Source: an uncultured Acidobacteriota bacterium | GTDB lineage: Bacteria > Acidobacteriota > Thermoanaerobaculia > Multivoradales > SZUA-115 | Direction of reading: 5' to 3' | Assembly (NCBI GenBank): GCA_963805975.1 | Contig: CAWDVR010000001.1 | Location: 544,001 to 608,000 of the forward strand | Length of the DNA: 64,000 bases | Shown here: in pieces, positions 31,240-40,330 of the stretch | Numbering within the stretch: position 1 is the first letter of the stretch | Layout of the letters: each line of letters opens with the position of its first letter | Notes under the pieces: generated by a model | What the model saw: only the letters and a program-made list of their open reading frames with translations | What the model was told of the DNA's origin: nothing | Database searches by the model: none | Made by a program: the position numbers and the translations under genes

Positions 31240-33810
31240 ATGCCGCTCGCCGAGTACCACCGCAAGAGAGATTTCCGCCGCACCCCGGAGCCGCGCGGCA
31301 GCGCCGCCAAGGCGCGTGGCAAGCCGGCGGCCGGCAGCTACGTGATCCAGAAGCACGACGCTACCCGCCTGCACTACGACTTCCGGCTCGAGCTCGACGG
31401 CGTGCTCAAGAGCTGGGCCGTGCCCAAGGGGCCCAGCCTCGACCCGGCGGAGAAGCGGCTGGCGGTCGAGGTGGAAGACCATCCCCTCGAGTACGGCGGG
31501 TTCGAAGGGGTGATCCCGCGCGGCGAGTACGGCGGCGGCACGGTGGTGCTGTGGGACCGCGGCCGTTGGCGGCCCCAAGGCGACGCCGGCAAGGATCTCG
31601 CCGCCGGCAAGCTCAAGTTCGAGCTCGAGGGCGAGAAGCTCTCCGGCGGCTGGAACCTGGTGCGGCTCCGTGGCCGGGAGGGGGAGGACGGCCGCACCAA
31701 CTGGCTGCTGATCAAGGAAGACGACGAGCAGGCAAGGCCGCATTCGCAGGGCGATGTCCTCGAAGAACGACCGGAGAGCGTGATCTCCGGCCGGAGCATC
31801 GACGAGGTGGCCGCGCGCCGCGACCGGGTGTGGCGCTCGGGCCGGGCGGAGAAGACCAAACCGGCGCGCGCTCCGGCCAAGGCGAAGAGCGGGCACAAGG
31901 CGCGAGTGGGCGCCGCCCCCGAGCTGCCCTCCGAGCCCCAGCTCGCGACCCTGGTCGACGAGCCGCCGCGGGGCGAGGAATGGCTGCACGAGATCAAGCT
32001 CGACGGCTACCGCGTGCTGGCGCGCTGGGACGGGGAGCGGCCGCAGCTCTTCACCCGCCACGCGCTCGACTGGACCGACCGCTTCCCTGCGGTCGCCGCC
32101 GCGCTCACCAAGCTCCCGGCCGAGTCCGCGCTCCTGGACGGCGAGATCGTGGCCCTGACCGCCGACGGCAAGCCCTCCTTCCAGGCCTTGCAGCGCGCGC
32201 TCCGCGAGGGCAAGGGCGAGCTCACCTACTTCGTCTTCGACCTCCTGCACTTGGACGGGCGGGACCTGGCGGTCCAGCCGCTCCGCGAGCGCAAGGCGCG
32301 GCTCGCCAGCCTGCTCGCCAAGGCCCGCGGCACGACGCTTCGTTACAGCGACCACGTGGAGGGCCGCGGCCTCGACTTCCATCGCTCGGCCTGCAAGCTG
32401 GGGCTCGAAGGGATGGTCAGCAAGCGGGCCGACGCTCCCTACCGGCCGGGCCGCAGCCGCGACTGGCTGAAGATCAAGTGCGGGCGGCGGCAGGAGGCGG
32501 TGATCGGCGGCTTCAGCGAGCCGTCCGGCACCCGCTCGGGCCTCGGCGCCCTGCTGCTGGGGGTGATGGAGGGCGGCAAGCTGCGCTACGCGGGCAAGGT
32601 CGGCACCGGCTTCGACGCCGCCACGCTCCGCGACCTGCGGGCCCGGCTCGGAAAGCTCGAACGCGCCAAGCCGCCGTTCGACCCGGCGCCGCCCCGAGCC
32701 GAGGTGCGCGGCGCGCATTGGGTGCAACCGCGGCTCGTGGCCGAGGTGAGCTTCGCCGAATGGACGGAGGACGGACGGATGCGCCAGGCCTCGTTCCAGG
32801 GTCTGCGGGAGGACAAGAAACCGGCCGAGGTGCGGCGCGAGGAGCCGGCGGAGGCCGCGCCGCCGCCGCCCGCCAAGCCGCGTCCTGCGGCGAGCGGCAA
32901 GAAGGCCAAGGCCGGCCGCGGCCGGGGCGACGGGCCGGCGGGTGTGGCGCTCACCCACCCGGACCGCGTGCTCTATCCGGAGCAGGGCCTCACCAAGCTC
33001 GATCTGGCGCGCTACTACGAGAAGGTGGCGGACTGGGTGCTGCCGCACGTCGCCGGCCGGCCGCTCTCCGTGGTGCGCTGTCCGGACGGGAGCACCGGCC
33101 AGTGCTTCTACCAGAAGCACCCGCACCAGGGAGCCACGAGCCCGCTGCTCTCGGTTCCCATCCGTGAGGACGACGGCGACGAAGCGCCCTATCTCTATAT
33201 CGAGGACCTCGCCGGCCTCGTCACCCTGGTGCAGATCGGTGCCCTGGAGATTCATCCCTGGGGCTCGCGCGTCGCCGCGGTGGAGACGCCGGACCGCTTG
33301 GTGCTGGATCTCGACCCGGATCCGAAGCTGCCGTGGGCCACGCTGGTGGCGGCGGCACGCCTGGTGCGCGACCGCTTGGCCGAGCACGGTCTCGAAAGCT
33401 GGGTCAAGACCACTGGCGGCAAGGGGCTTCACGTTTGCGCGCCGCTCTCTGGAAAGACCTCCTGGGACGACCTTCGCGCCTTCGCGCGCGAGATCGCGGA
33501 GGGACTGGCCCGCGAGGCCCCCGAGCGCTTCCTGAGCAAGGCCTCCAAGGCGGCGCGCGCGGGCAAGATCTTCGTCGACTGGTTGCGCAACGGCCGCGGC
33601 GCCACCGCCGTCGCTCCTTATTCGACGCGGGCTCGCGCCGGTGCCACGGTCGCCACCCCGCTCACCTGGGAGGAGCTGGGGCGCGCGCGGCCCGGCCGCT
33701 TCACGGTCGAGACCGTGCCCGCCCGGCTGGCGCGCCTGGCGCGCGACCCCTGGGAGGGGTTTTCGAAGGCGCGGCAGAAGCTGCCGAAGATTGGATCCGG
33801 CCGAGGGTGA
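31240..33810 (+). CDS. ligD: DNA ligase D (phosphoesterase-ligase-polymerase)
   Basis: QKHDATRLHYDFRLE; EIKLDGYR, EGMVSKR, WLKIK; LTHPDRVLYP, DLDP, KTTGGKGLH, DWLRN. Confidence 0.96.
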   Translation: MPLAEYHRKRDFRRTPEPRGSAAKARGKPAAGSYVIQKHDATRLHYDFRLELDGVLKSWAVPKGPSLDPAEKRLAVEVEDHPLEYGGFEGVIPRGEYGGGTVVLWDRGRWRPQGDAGKDLAAGKLKFELEGEKLSGGWNLVRLRGREGEDGRTNWLLIKEDDEQARPHSQGDVLEERPESVISGRSIDEVAARRDRVWRSGRAEKTKPARAPAKAKSGHKARVGAAPELPSEPQLATLVDEPPRGEEWLHEIKLDGYRVLARWDGERPQLFTRHALDWTDRFPAVAAALTKLPAESALLDGEIVALTADGKPSFQALQRALREGKGELTYFVFDLLHLDGRDLAVQPLRERKARLASLLAKARGTTLRYSDHVEGRGLDFHRSACKLGLEGMVSKRADAPYRPGRSRDWLKIKCGRRQEAVIGGFSEPSGTRSGLGALLLGVMEGGKLRYAGKVGTGFDAATLRDLRARLGKLERAKPPFDPAPPRAEVRGAHWVQPRLVAEVSFAEWTEDGRMRQASFQGLREDKKPAEVRREEPAEAAPPPPAKPRPAASGKKAKAGRGRGDGPAGVALTHPDRVLYPEQGLTKLDLARYYEKVADWVLPHVAGRPLSVVRCPDGSTGQCFYQKHPHQGATSPLLSVPIREDDGDEAPYLYIEDLAGLVTLVQIGALEIHPWGSRVAAVETPDRLVLDLDPDPKLPWATLVAAARLVRDRLAEHGLESWVKTTGGKGLHVCAPLSGKTSWDDLRAFAREIAEGLAREAPERFLSKASKAARAGKIFVDWLRNGRGATAVAPYSTRARAGATVATPLTWEELGRARPGRFTVETVPARLARLARDPWEGFSKARQKLPKIGSGRG

Positions 33811-33823
33811 AAGGGGAGGGAGC

Positions 33824-34691
33824 GTGAAAAAGGGCGAGAAAAAACCACTACGGCCGGCGCAGGCTCAACGCCGCCAGCCGGGCATCGAGTCCAGGATGAA
33901 GCCGCAACCGCAGGCCGAGCGGCCGGAGCACCGGGGGAGCGGCAAGCTCGCGGGCAAGGTGGCGCTGATCACCGGCGGCGACAGCGGCATCGGCCGCGCC
34001 GTCGCCATCGCCTTCGCGCGCGAAGGCGCGAACGTGGCGATCCTCTATCTCGACGAGCACGACGACGCCAAGGAGACCCTGCGCCTGGTCGACGAGGAGG
34101 GGGCGCGCGGCCTCGCTGATCGCCGGCGACATCGGCAACGCGAAGTTCTGCCGCCGCGCCGTCGAGAAGGCGGTCAAGAAGCTCGGCCGGCTCGACGTCC
34201 TGGTCAACAACGCGGCCGAGCAGCACCGGCAGGAGTCGCTCGCGGACATCTCCGTCGCGCAGCTCGAGCGCACCTTCCGCACCAACGTCTTCGCCATGTT
34301 CTACCTGACCCAGGCGGCGCTCGCCCACCTGGGCAAGGGGAGCGCGATCATCAACACGACCTCGGTCACCGCCTACCGCGGCAGCCCGAAGCTGATCGAC
34401 TACGCGGCTACCAAGGGGGCGATCGTCTCCTTCACCCGCTCGCTCGCTTCCGCGCTGGTCGAGCAAGGCATCCGGGTCAACGCGGTCGCGCCGGGACCGA
34501 TCTGGACGCCGCTGATCCCGGCCTCGTTTCCCGCCAAGGAGGTGGCGACCTTCGGCTCGGACTCGCCCATGGGCCGTGCCGGCCAGCCCGCAGAAGTGGC
34601 GCCGTGCTTCGTCTTCCTGGCCTCGGAGGACGCCTCCTACATCACCGGCCAGGTACTGCACCCCAACGGCGGCGAGATCGTCAACGGTTGA
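33824..34691 (+). CDS. General-stress SDR oxidoreductase (YhdF/YdaD-like), +1 frameshift near 34100-34115
   Basis: TGGDSGIGRA; second frame LVNNAAEQ, DYAATKGA, VAPGPIWTPLI, LHPNGG. Confidence 0.88.
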
Positions 34692-34709
34692 GCGGGGAGG
34701 AAGAAAGTC

Positions 34710-36240
34710 ATGCCGCAGTGGATCAAGAAAGCCGTTTGGGACCTGGGCCTGCGCCGGAAGAGATACCCGGCGCTCGAAGAAAACCTGACCGTCGACGTCC
34801 TGGTGGCGGGTGCCGGCATCACCGGTCTCACCACGGCCACGCGGCTCGTCCAGGCCGGCGCGAGCGTGGCCGTGGTCGACGCCGGCCGCGTGGCCTCGGG
34901 CACCTCGGGCGGCACCTCGGCGCACGTCACCGAGGTGCCGGAGATCCCGTATCCGAAGCTCCTCTCCCAGCTCGGGGAGGAGCAAGCCCGCATCTTCACC
35001 GCCGCCTACCGTGCCGGCGTGGAGTGGATCAGAGCACAGGCCGCGGGCGGCATCGACTGTGATTTCGAGACCGTGCCGGCGTTCCGCTACAGCGAGCAGG
35101 AAGAGGACCGTGGGAACCTGGCACGGGAAGCCGAGGCAGCCCGCTCGCTGAACGTGGAGGCCGAGGAGATCGCCGAGCTGCCGCTGCCCTTCGCCATCGC
35201 GGGTGCCATCCGCTTCGCTCGCCAGGCGCAGTTCCACCCCATCCGCTACGTGGATGGCCTGGCGCGGGCCTTCGTCGCGGCCGGCGGCCGGATCTTCGAG
35301 GAGACCCGTCTGACGGACTGGGAGGAGAAAGAGGGCAAGGTCGAGGCCCGGGTCGGCTCCCCCAGGGCGCGGGCGGAGCACCTTGTGCTCGCCACCCACA
35401 CGCCGCCGAACTTCAACCTGTTGCAGACCGAGCTCATCCCGCGGCGCACGTACCTCCTCGCCCTGCGGCTGCGCGAGACGCCTCCCGAAGGCCTGTTCTG
35501 GGACTCGGAGGAGCCGTACCACTATCTCCGGGCCGTGCCCGATCCGGAGGCTGCCGGTGGCAACGGGCGGCTGCTGCTGGTGGGCGGCGAGGACCACACC
35601 ACCGGCCACGACCCGGACACCGCCGAGCGCTATCGGCGCCTGGTAAGGCTGGGCCGGGAAGCGCTTCGCCGTCGAGTCCGTGGTGGCGCGCTGGTCGGCG
35701 CAGTTCTACGAATCGGCCGACGGCCTGCCCTACATCGGCCGGAGCCCCTTCGCCGAGCAGGTGCTCGTCGCCACCGGTTTTTCCGGCGTGGGCCTCTCGG
35801 CCGGCACCATGGCGGGCCTGCTGCTCTCGGACCTGATCCAGGGGCAGAGCAATCCCTGGGCAGAGATCTTCGCCGCCACCCGTCTGCGGCCCCTGGCCGC
35901 CGCGCCGGGCTTCGTGCGCGAGAACGCCGCTTCGGCCGCGGCCTTCGTCAGCGACCGCCTGAAGCCGTCCGAGGCCGAGTCGCTGGACGACGTGCCGCGC
36001 GGCGAGGGTCGCCTCATCCGGCTCGACGGCGAGAGGCTGGCGGTGTACCGCGACCTCGAGGGCCGGCTCAGCGCTCGCTCGCCGGTCTGCACTCACCTCG
36101 GTTGCCTGGTGCGCTGGAACACGGCCGAGGCCACCTGGGACTGTCCCTGCCACGGCGGCCGGTTCAAGCCGGACGGCACCGTGCTCGAAGGCCCGCCGAC
36201 GTCGCCGCTCGAGCCGCGGGAGCTGCCACGCAACCACTAG
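34710..36240 (+). CDS. FAD-dependent oxidoreductase with a C-terminal Rieske domain (YhfW-like), +1 frameshift near 35645
   Basis: GAGITG, AQFHP, GGEDH; second frame WSAQ..DGLPYIG, CTHLGC, WDCPCHG. Confidence 0.88.
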
Positions 36241-36315
36241 GAGCCGAGCTTTCGTGAAAGGCTCGTGGAAACGCAGATGTCAAGCCAAGAGAAAGTATTT
36301 CTATTCGGCATCGAT

Positions 36316-36331
36316 GGGCACGCGGGTTGCA
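36316..36331 (+). promoter_or_regulatory. Sigma54 (-24/-12) promoter of yciF
   Basis: GGGCACG-CGGG-TTGCA, near consensus, in an AT-richer intergenic region 60 bp before the ATG. Confidence 0.68.
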
Positions 36332-36390
36332 ATTGCTGTATAGCGTAGGCAGACGAAGTACTCCAGTGAGACAGTGAAAAAGGAGAGGTT

Positions 36391-37005
36391 ATGGAGCTTT
36401 CTACGCTACGCGATCTGTACGTACACCAGCTCAAGGACGTGTACAGCGCGGAGAAGCAGATCACCAAGGCGTTGCCAAAGATGATTCGCGGCGCTTCCAG
36501 CTCGGAGCTGGTCTCGGCGCTCGAGGAACATCTTTCCGTCACCGAGCAGCAGATCGCGCGCCTGGAGGAAATTTTTACAAACCTCGGCGAGTCGACCCGC
36601 GGCCCCAAGTGCAAAGGCATGGAAGGGCTGCTCGAGGAAGGAGCGGAGACGCTCAAGGCCGAAGGTGACGCGGACGTGCTCGACGCCGCCATCATCGCGT
36701 CCGCACAGCGCGTCGAGCACTACGAGATCGCGGCCTATGGCACCCTGCGCACCTACGCCGAGCTCCTGGGCGAGAAGGACGCTGCGGCGCTGCTCGACAC
36801 CACGGCCGACGAGGAGGGCGAGGCGGACAAGCTGTTGAGCGAGATCGCTCAAACCTGTGTCAACCAGCTCGCGGCCAACGGCAACGGCTCCGGAGCGCCG
36901 AAAGAGCCGCGTCGCAACACGACCAATCGGCCCCGTTCCTCGCGCCGCCAGGCGACTACCAACGAACGCTCTGCGACCAAAGCCACCGCCAGCGGCAAGA
37001 AGTAA
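36391..37005 (+). CDS. yciF: Ferritin-like DUF892 protein
   Basis: LKDVYSAEKQ, CKGMEGL, AQRVEHYEIAAYGT; GGAGAGG RBS. Confidence 0.92.
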   Translation: MELSTLRDLYVHQLKDVYSAEKQITKALPKMIRGASSSELVSALEEHLSVTEQQIARLEEIFTNLGESTRGPKCKGMEGLLEEGAETLKAEGDADVLDAAIIASAQRVEHYEIAAYGTLRTYAELLGEKDAAALLDTTADEEGEADKLLSEIAQTCVNQLAANGNGSGAPKEPRRNTTNRPRSSRRQATTNERSATKATASGKK

Positions 37006-37124
37006 GAGGAAGATCGACTCAGGACTCAGGCAGCAGAGCAGTGCCGCCTCGAGAAAAGTAAGGGATGCAACTTCTTTGGACTGAGCGGCAATGCTTGCCG
37101 CGACAACCAGAAAGGAATTACATC

Positions 37125-37532
37125 ATGGCGAACCAGAAAGAGAACAATCCGGCTCAGGGCCAGCAGGGCCAGGGCCAGCAGGGTCAGCAGGGTGGCTACC
37201 AGAAGCATCAGGGCCAGAATCCAGGCCAGGATCAGGGTGGCCAGGGTCAGCGGCAGGGCCAGCAGCAGGGTGGCGGCTCGCAGAAGCCGTTCGACCAGGG
37301 CCAGCAGGGTGGTGGCATGGGCCAGGGGCAGCAGGGCGGCTTCCAGAAGCCGTCCGACCAGGGCCAGCAGGGCGGGTTCCAAAAGCCGCTCGACCAGGGC
37401 CAGGGTCCGCGCGAGGAAGGGTCCGACCGCGGCCAGAAGCCCGCTCAGGGCAGCGTCAACCCGCGCGCCGAGGACGAGGATCGCGACAACAAGCGCTCCG
37501 AGCGCGGCTCGAGCGACACCGGCTCGCGCTAG
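37125..37532 (+). CDS. Gln/Gly-rich disordered protein (hydrophilin-like)
   Basis: AAAGGAA RBS; repeats QKP(F/S/L)DQGQ x3; almost no hydrophobic core. Confidence 0.72.
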   Translation: MANQKENNPAQGQQGQGQQGQQGGYQKHQGQNPGQDQGGQGQRQGQQQGGGSQKPFDQGQQGGGMGQGQQGGFQKPSDQGQQGGFQKPLDQGQGPREEGSDRGQKPAQGSVNPRAEDEDRDNKRSERGSSDTGSR

Positions 37533-37634
37533 CTCCCACCGTGCGAGCCCGAGGCTCGCAGTTGACCGCTAGCAGCACCGCAGCAAGTGGCCGGCTCCGC
37601 GAGGGGCCGGCCGTCCCTTTCCCTGAACTTCTCG

Positions 37635-39524
37635 CTAGGGCATTTCACCCAACATTCGCCGCGCGAGCGTGCGATGGTTGCTCTCCCCGGCCGCCGAATC
37701 CTCGGTTGCTGCCAGGTAGCGCTCGAGCGCCTGGCGGGACTCCGCCGGCCGCCCCAGCTCCTTGTAGAGGGTGCCCAGGTGGAAGGCGGCGAGCGTGCAA
37801 GAGCCCGCCTCCACGCCCACCAGGGATTGCACGCTCTCGAGCTCGGCCAGAGCATCGGTCTTTCTGCCGTCGAGATAGAGCAGCACGCCCAGGTTCGAAG
37901 TCATCGCGCAGCGTTGGTACGGCACGGCGTCGCGCCCCCGGCGCAGCTCGGAGATCGCCTCCGCCCGGCGCCCGCGCCGCTCGAGCACCACCGCCAGTTG
38001 CTCGTACGGGTGAGGGTTGTCGGGCTGATCCGCCTGCACCAGGCGGAGGTCCCGCTCCGCCCCCTCGAGATCGCCCCGGACCCGGAGGATGCGCGCCCGG
38101 TCGAGGAGGGCCGAGGTCACGGGCCGGATCGCCAAGGCGTCGTTCAAGGTCGTGAGCGCCTCGTCCGGCCTGCCGGCCTCGAGCAGCGCGTGGCCGAGCT
38201 GGGCGCGGTTGAAGGCCGAGGTCGGGTCGCTCACCAGCCCCCGTTCCCAGAGCGCCAGCTCCGAGCCCCAGGCGCGGTTGTAGCGCGCGGTCTGGGCGGC
38301 GAGCGGCAGGAGCAGGAGACCGGTGCCGAAGAGCAGCGCTCGCTCGGCGCGCCGGCGGCGCGCCGGAGCGAGCTCCCCGGCCGCGAGCCAGGCCGCTCCC
38401 AGCGCCGTCATCCAGAAGCCCAGCAGCGGCAGGTAGAGGTAGCGGTCGTGCACGAGCTGCTCGGGGATGAAGGCGTTGACGTTGCAGGCCGGCAGCAGAG
38501 GCACGAGGAACAGCACTGGACCCAGCCAGAGCCGCGGCCGCCGGCGCACCAGCCAGACGGCGAGCACCGCCGCCCCAGCGACCGCCAGCAGCGGCAGCAC
38601 GAGGTTTTCGAAGCCGGCATTGGCCGTCGTGACGGCGCGCAGGGGGTACGACGGTCCCAGCCAGGCTGGCAGTAGCGCCTGCCGCAGATAGAAGGCGAGG
38701 AGCGACGGCGCCGTGAGCAGCAGCCCGACGGGCCCCATCCGCCACGGGGTCTGGACCTCGACCATGCCCAGCACCCAGGCACGTGCGGCAAGGAAGAGGA
38801 CGGCCAGGACGACGAAGGGGAGGCTGGTGAGGATGCCGCGCCGCCAAGCCGCGCGCCACCAAGCTTTTTGCCGGGGCTCGCCGCGGCCGGCCTCACCGCG
38901 GTCGACCCAATGCCCGGCGACCGCTGTGGCCACGAGCACCGGGAAGACGACGGCGATCTCCTTGGCACCGAGAGCCAGGAGGTAGCAGGCGAGCGCGGCC
39001 AGCCACCGCCCGCGGCTCGGGCTTTGCCTCCCGGGAAGGATCAGGAGCAGCGCCAGCAGCTGGAAGAGCGCGGTCAGCAGGTCCGGGGAGCCCGAGATCC
39101 AGGCCACGGACTCGACGTGGACCGGGTGCACGGCGAACACCGCGCCGATCGCCGCGGCGGGCGGCGTAGCGAACCCGAGGCGGCAGAGCAGGAAGAAGGC
39201 AGCGACCACCACGCCGGCGTGCAGAGCCATGTTCGCCAGGTGCCAGCCCACAGGGCTCTCGACCCCGAAGAGTGCATGGTTCGCCGCCAGCCAGGCCACG
39301 AATACCGGCCGCCAGTAGTTACTCCAGGCCTCCTCGCGCGCTCCCTTGAAGGCCCAGACATCCGAGGTCAGGGCCTCGCCCAGCCGGTCCGGGCCACGGA
39401 GAAGGTGATTCTCCAGAATTTGGACTCTGTCGTCATATACGAATTTTCCGTCCAGCGAGTTGGCGTAGGTCGCTAGAGCCACCACCACCAGAATCAACGC
39501 ACAAAGCCCTTGGTTTTTTCGCAC
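37635..39524 (-). CDS. TMTC-like membrane glycosyltransferase with TPR tail
   Basis: FVYDD, YWRP, LFAVHP-type FAVHPVHVESVAWIS, KE, DRYLYLP, LW then TPRs; GTG start inferred. Confidence 0.82.
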   Translation of the reverse strand: MRKNQGLCALILVVVALATYANSLDGKFVYDDRVQILENHLLRGPDRLGEALTSDVWAFKGAREEAWSNYWRPVFVAWLAANHALFGVESPVGWHLANMALHAGVVVAAFFLLCRLGFATPPAAAIGAVFAVHPVHVESVAWISGSPDLLTALFQLLALLLILPGRQSPSRGRWLAALACYLLALGAKEIAVVFPVLVATAVAGHWVDRGEAGRGEPRQKAWWRAAWRRGILTSLPFVVLAVLFLAARAWVLGMVEVQTPWRMGPVGLLLTAPSLLAFYLRQALLPAWLGPSYPLRAVTTANAGFENLVLPLLAVAGAAVLAVWLVRRRPRLWLGPVLFLVPLLPACNVNAFIPEQLVHDRYLYLPLLGFWMTALGAAWLAAGELAPARRRRAERALLFGTGLLLLPLAAQTARYNRAWGSELALWERGLVSDPTSAFNRAQLGHALLEAGRPDEALTTLNDALAIRPVTSALLDRARILRVRGDLEGAERDLRLVQADQPDNPHPYEQLAVVLERRGRRAEAISELRRGRDAVPYQRCAMTSNLGVLLYLDGRKTDALAELESVQSLVGVEAGSCTLAAFHLGTLYKELGRPAESRQALERYLAATEDSAAGESNHRTLARRMLGEMP

Positions 39525-39603
39525 GGGGAGAGTAGAGTACCCGGAAATTGTTGAAGTCGATCCTCGGGACCTGGCGGTCTTCCCGAAAGCTACTGGAGGA
39601 GTC

Positions 39604-40251
39604 ATGAAAAAAGCAGGTTTCGGTCTCTCCGCTCTCGTTGCGGCCCTGGTTGTGCTCCCGGTTCTCGCGGGCACGACGTTGACGTTCACCACCGCGGATC
39701 CGGCGGCGCCGCTGCCCGACAACACCGGCCTTTTCACCGCCTGTCAGAACATCACGGTGGCCGCGATGCCGACCACCATCACCGAGGTGACGGTGCAGAT
39801 CTCTTCGGCGCACTCCTGGGCCGGCGACCTGGTCGCCCGGCTCACGTCCCCGAGCGCCTCGGTTCTGACGCTGGTCAACCGCCCCGGGCGCACCGGCACC
39901 GGCTTCGGCGACAGCAGCAACCTGGCGGCGGCGACGCCGATCACCTACAGCGACACAGCGGCCTCCGGTCTGTCGGCCGAGACCATGGGCAGCCCGGCCG
40001 CTTGCGGTGACACCTCGGTCATCGGCTCCACCCCCGCCTGCCTGGCCGACAACTTCATCCCGGCACCGGCAGTCACTGACATTCCTCCGGGCGTGGGCAC
40101 CAACCTCGCCCAGTTCGACGGCGCGGACCCGAACGGCGTGTGGCAGCTCTGCATCGCCGACGGGGGGCCTGGCGACACCGGCACCCTGAGCTCCTGGAGC
40201 ATCACCGTGACCTCGACGCCGGTGGAGCTGCAGAGCTTCACCATCGAGTAA
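39604..40251 (+). CDS. Secreted proprotein-convertase P-domain protein ending in PVELQSFTIE
   Basis: GGAGGA RBS, signal peptide; HSWAGDL..LTSP and FDGADPNGVWQL..D..GDTGTLSSW. Confidence 0.85.
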   Translation: MKKAGFGLSALVAALVVLPVLAGTTLTFTTADPAAPLPDNTGLFTACQNITVAAMPTTITEVTVQISSAHSWAGDLVARLTSPSASVLTLVNRPGRTGTGFGDSSNLAAATPITYSDTAASGLSAETMGSPAACGDTSVIGSTPACLADNFIPAPAVTDIPPGVGTNLAQFDGADPNGVWQLCIADGGPGDTGTLSSWSITVTSTPVELQSFTIE

Positions 40252-40275
40252 GCGACCGCTCTCGCGGTTGCGGTT

Positions 40276-40309
40276 GCAAGGCCACCCTTCGGGGTGGCCT
40301 TGCCGTTTC
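40276..40309 (+). terminator. Intrinsic terminator-like hairpin
   Basis: GCAAGGCCACCC-TTCG-GGGTGGCCTTGC: 12-bp stem, UUCG loop, followed by CGTTTC. Confidence 0.75.
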
Positions 40310-40330
40310 AGGGAGGTCGCGCGCCGGGCC

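Noticed and set aside
30318-33810. Ku-LigD or the kinase as a prophage or defence island
   Set aside because: Ordinary NHEJ in a stress-gene context; no integrase, phage or defence genes nearby.
17300-35660. Programmed frameshifting
   Set aside because: No shared slippery sequence, and these families are not known to be recoded.
37150-37405. Tandem CAGGGCCAG repeats as a CRISPR array
   Set aside because: Codon-phased Gln/Gly coding repeats with no unique spacers and no cas genes.
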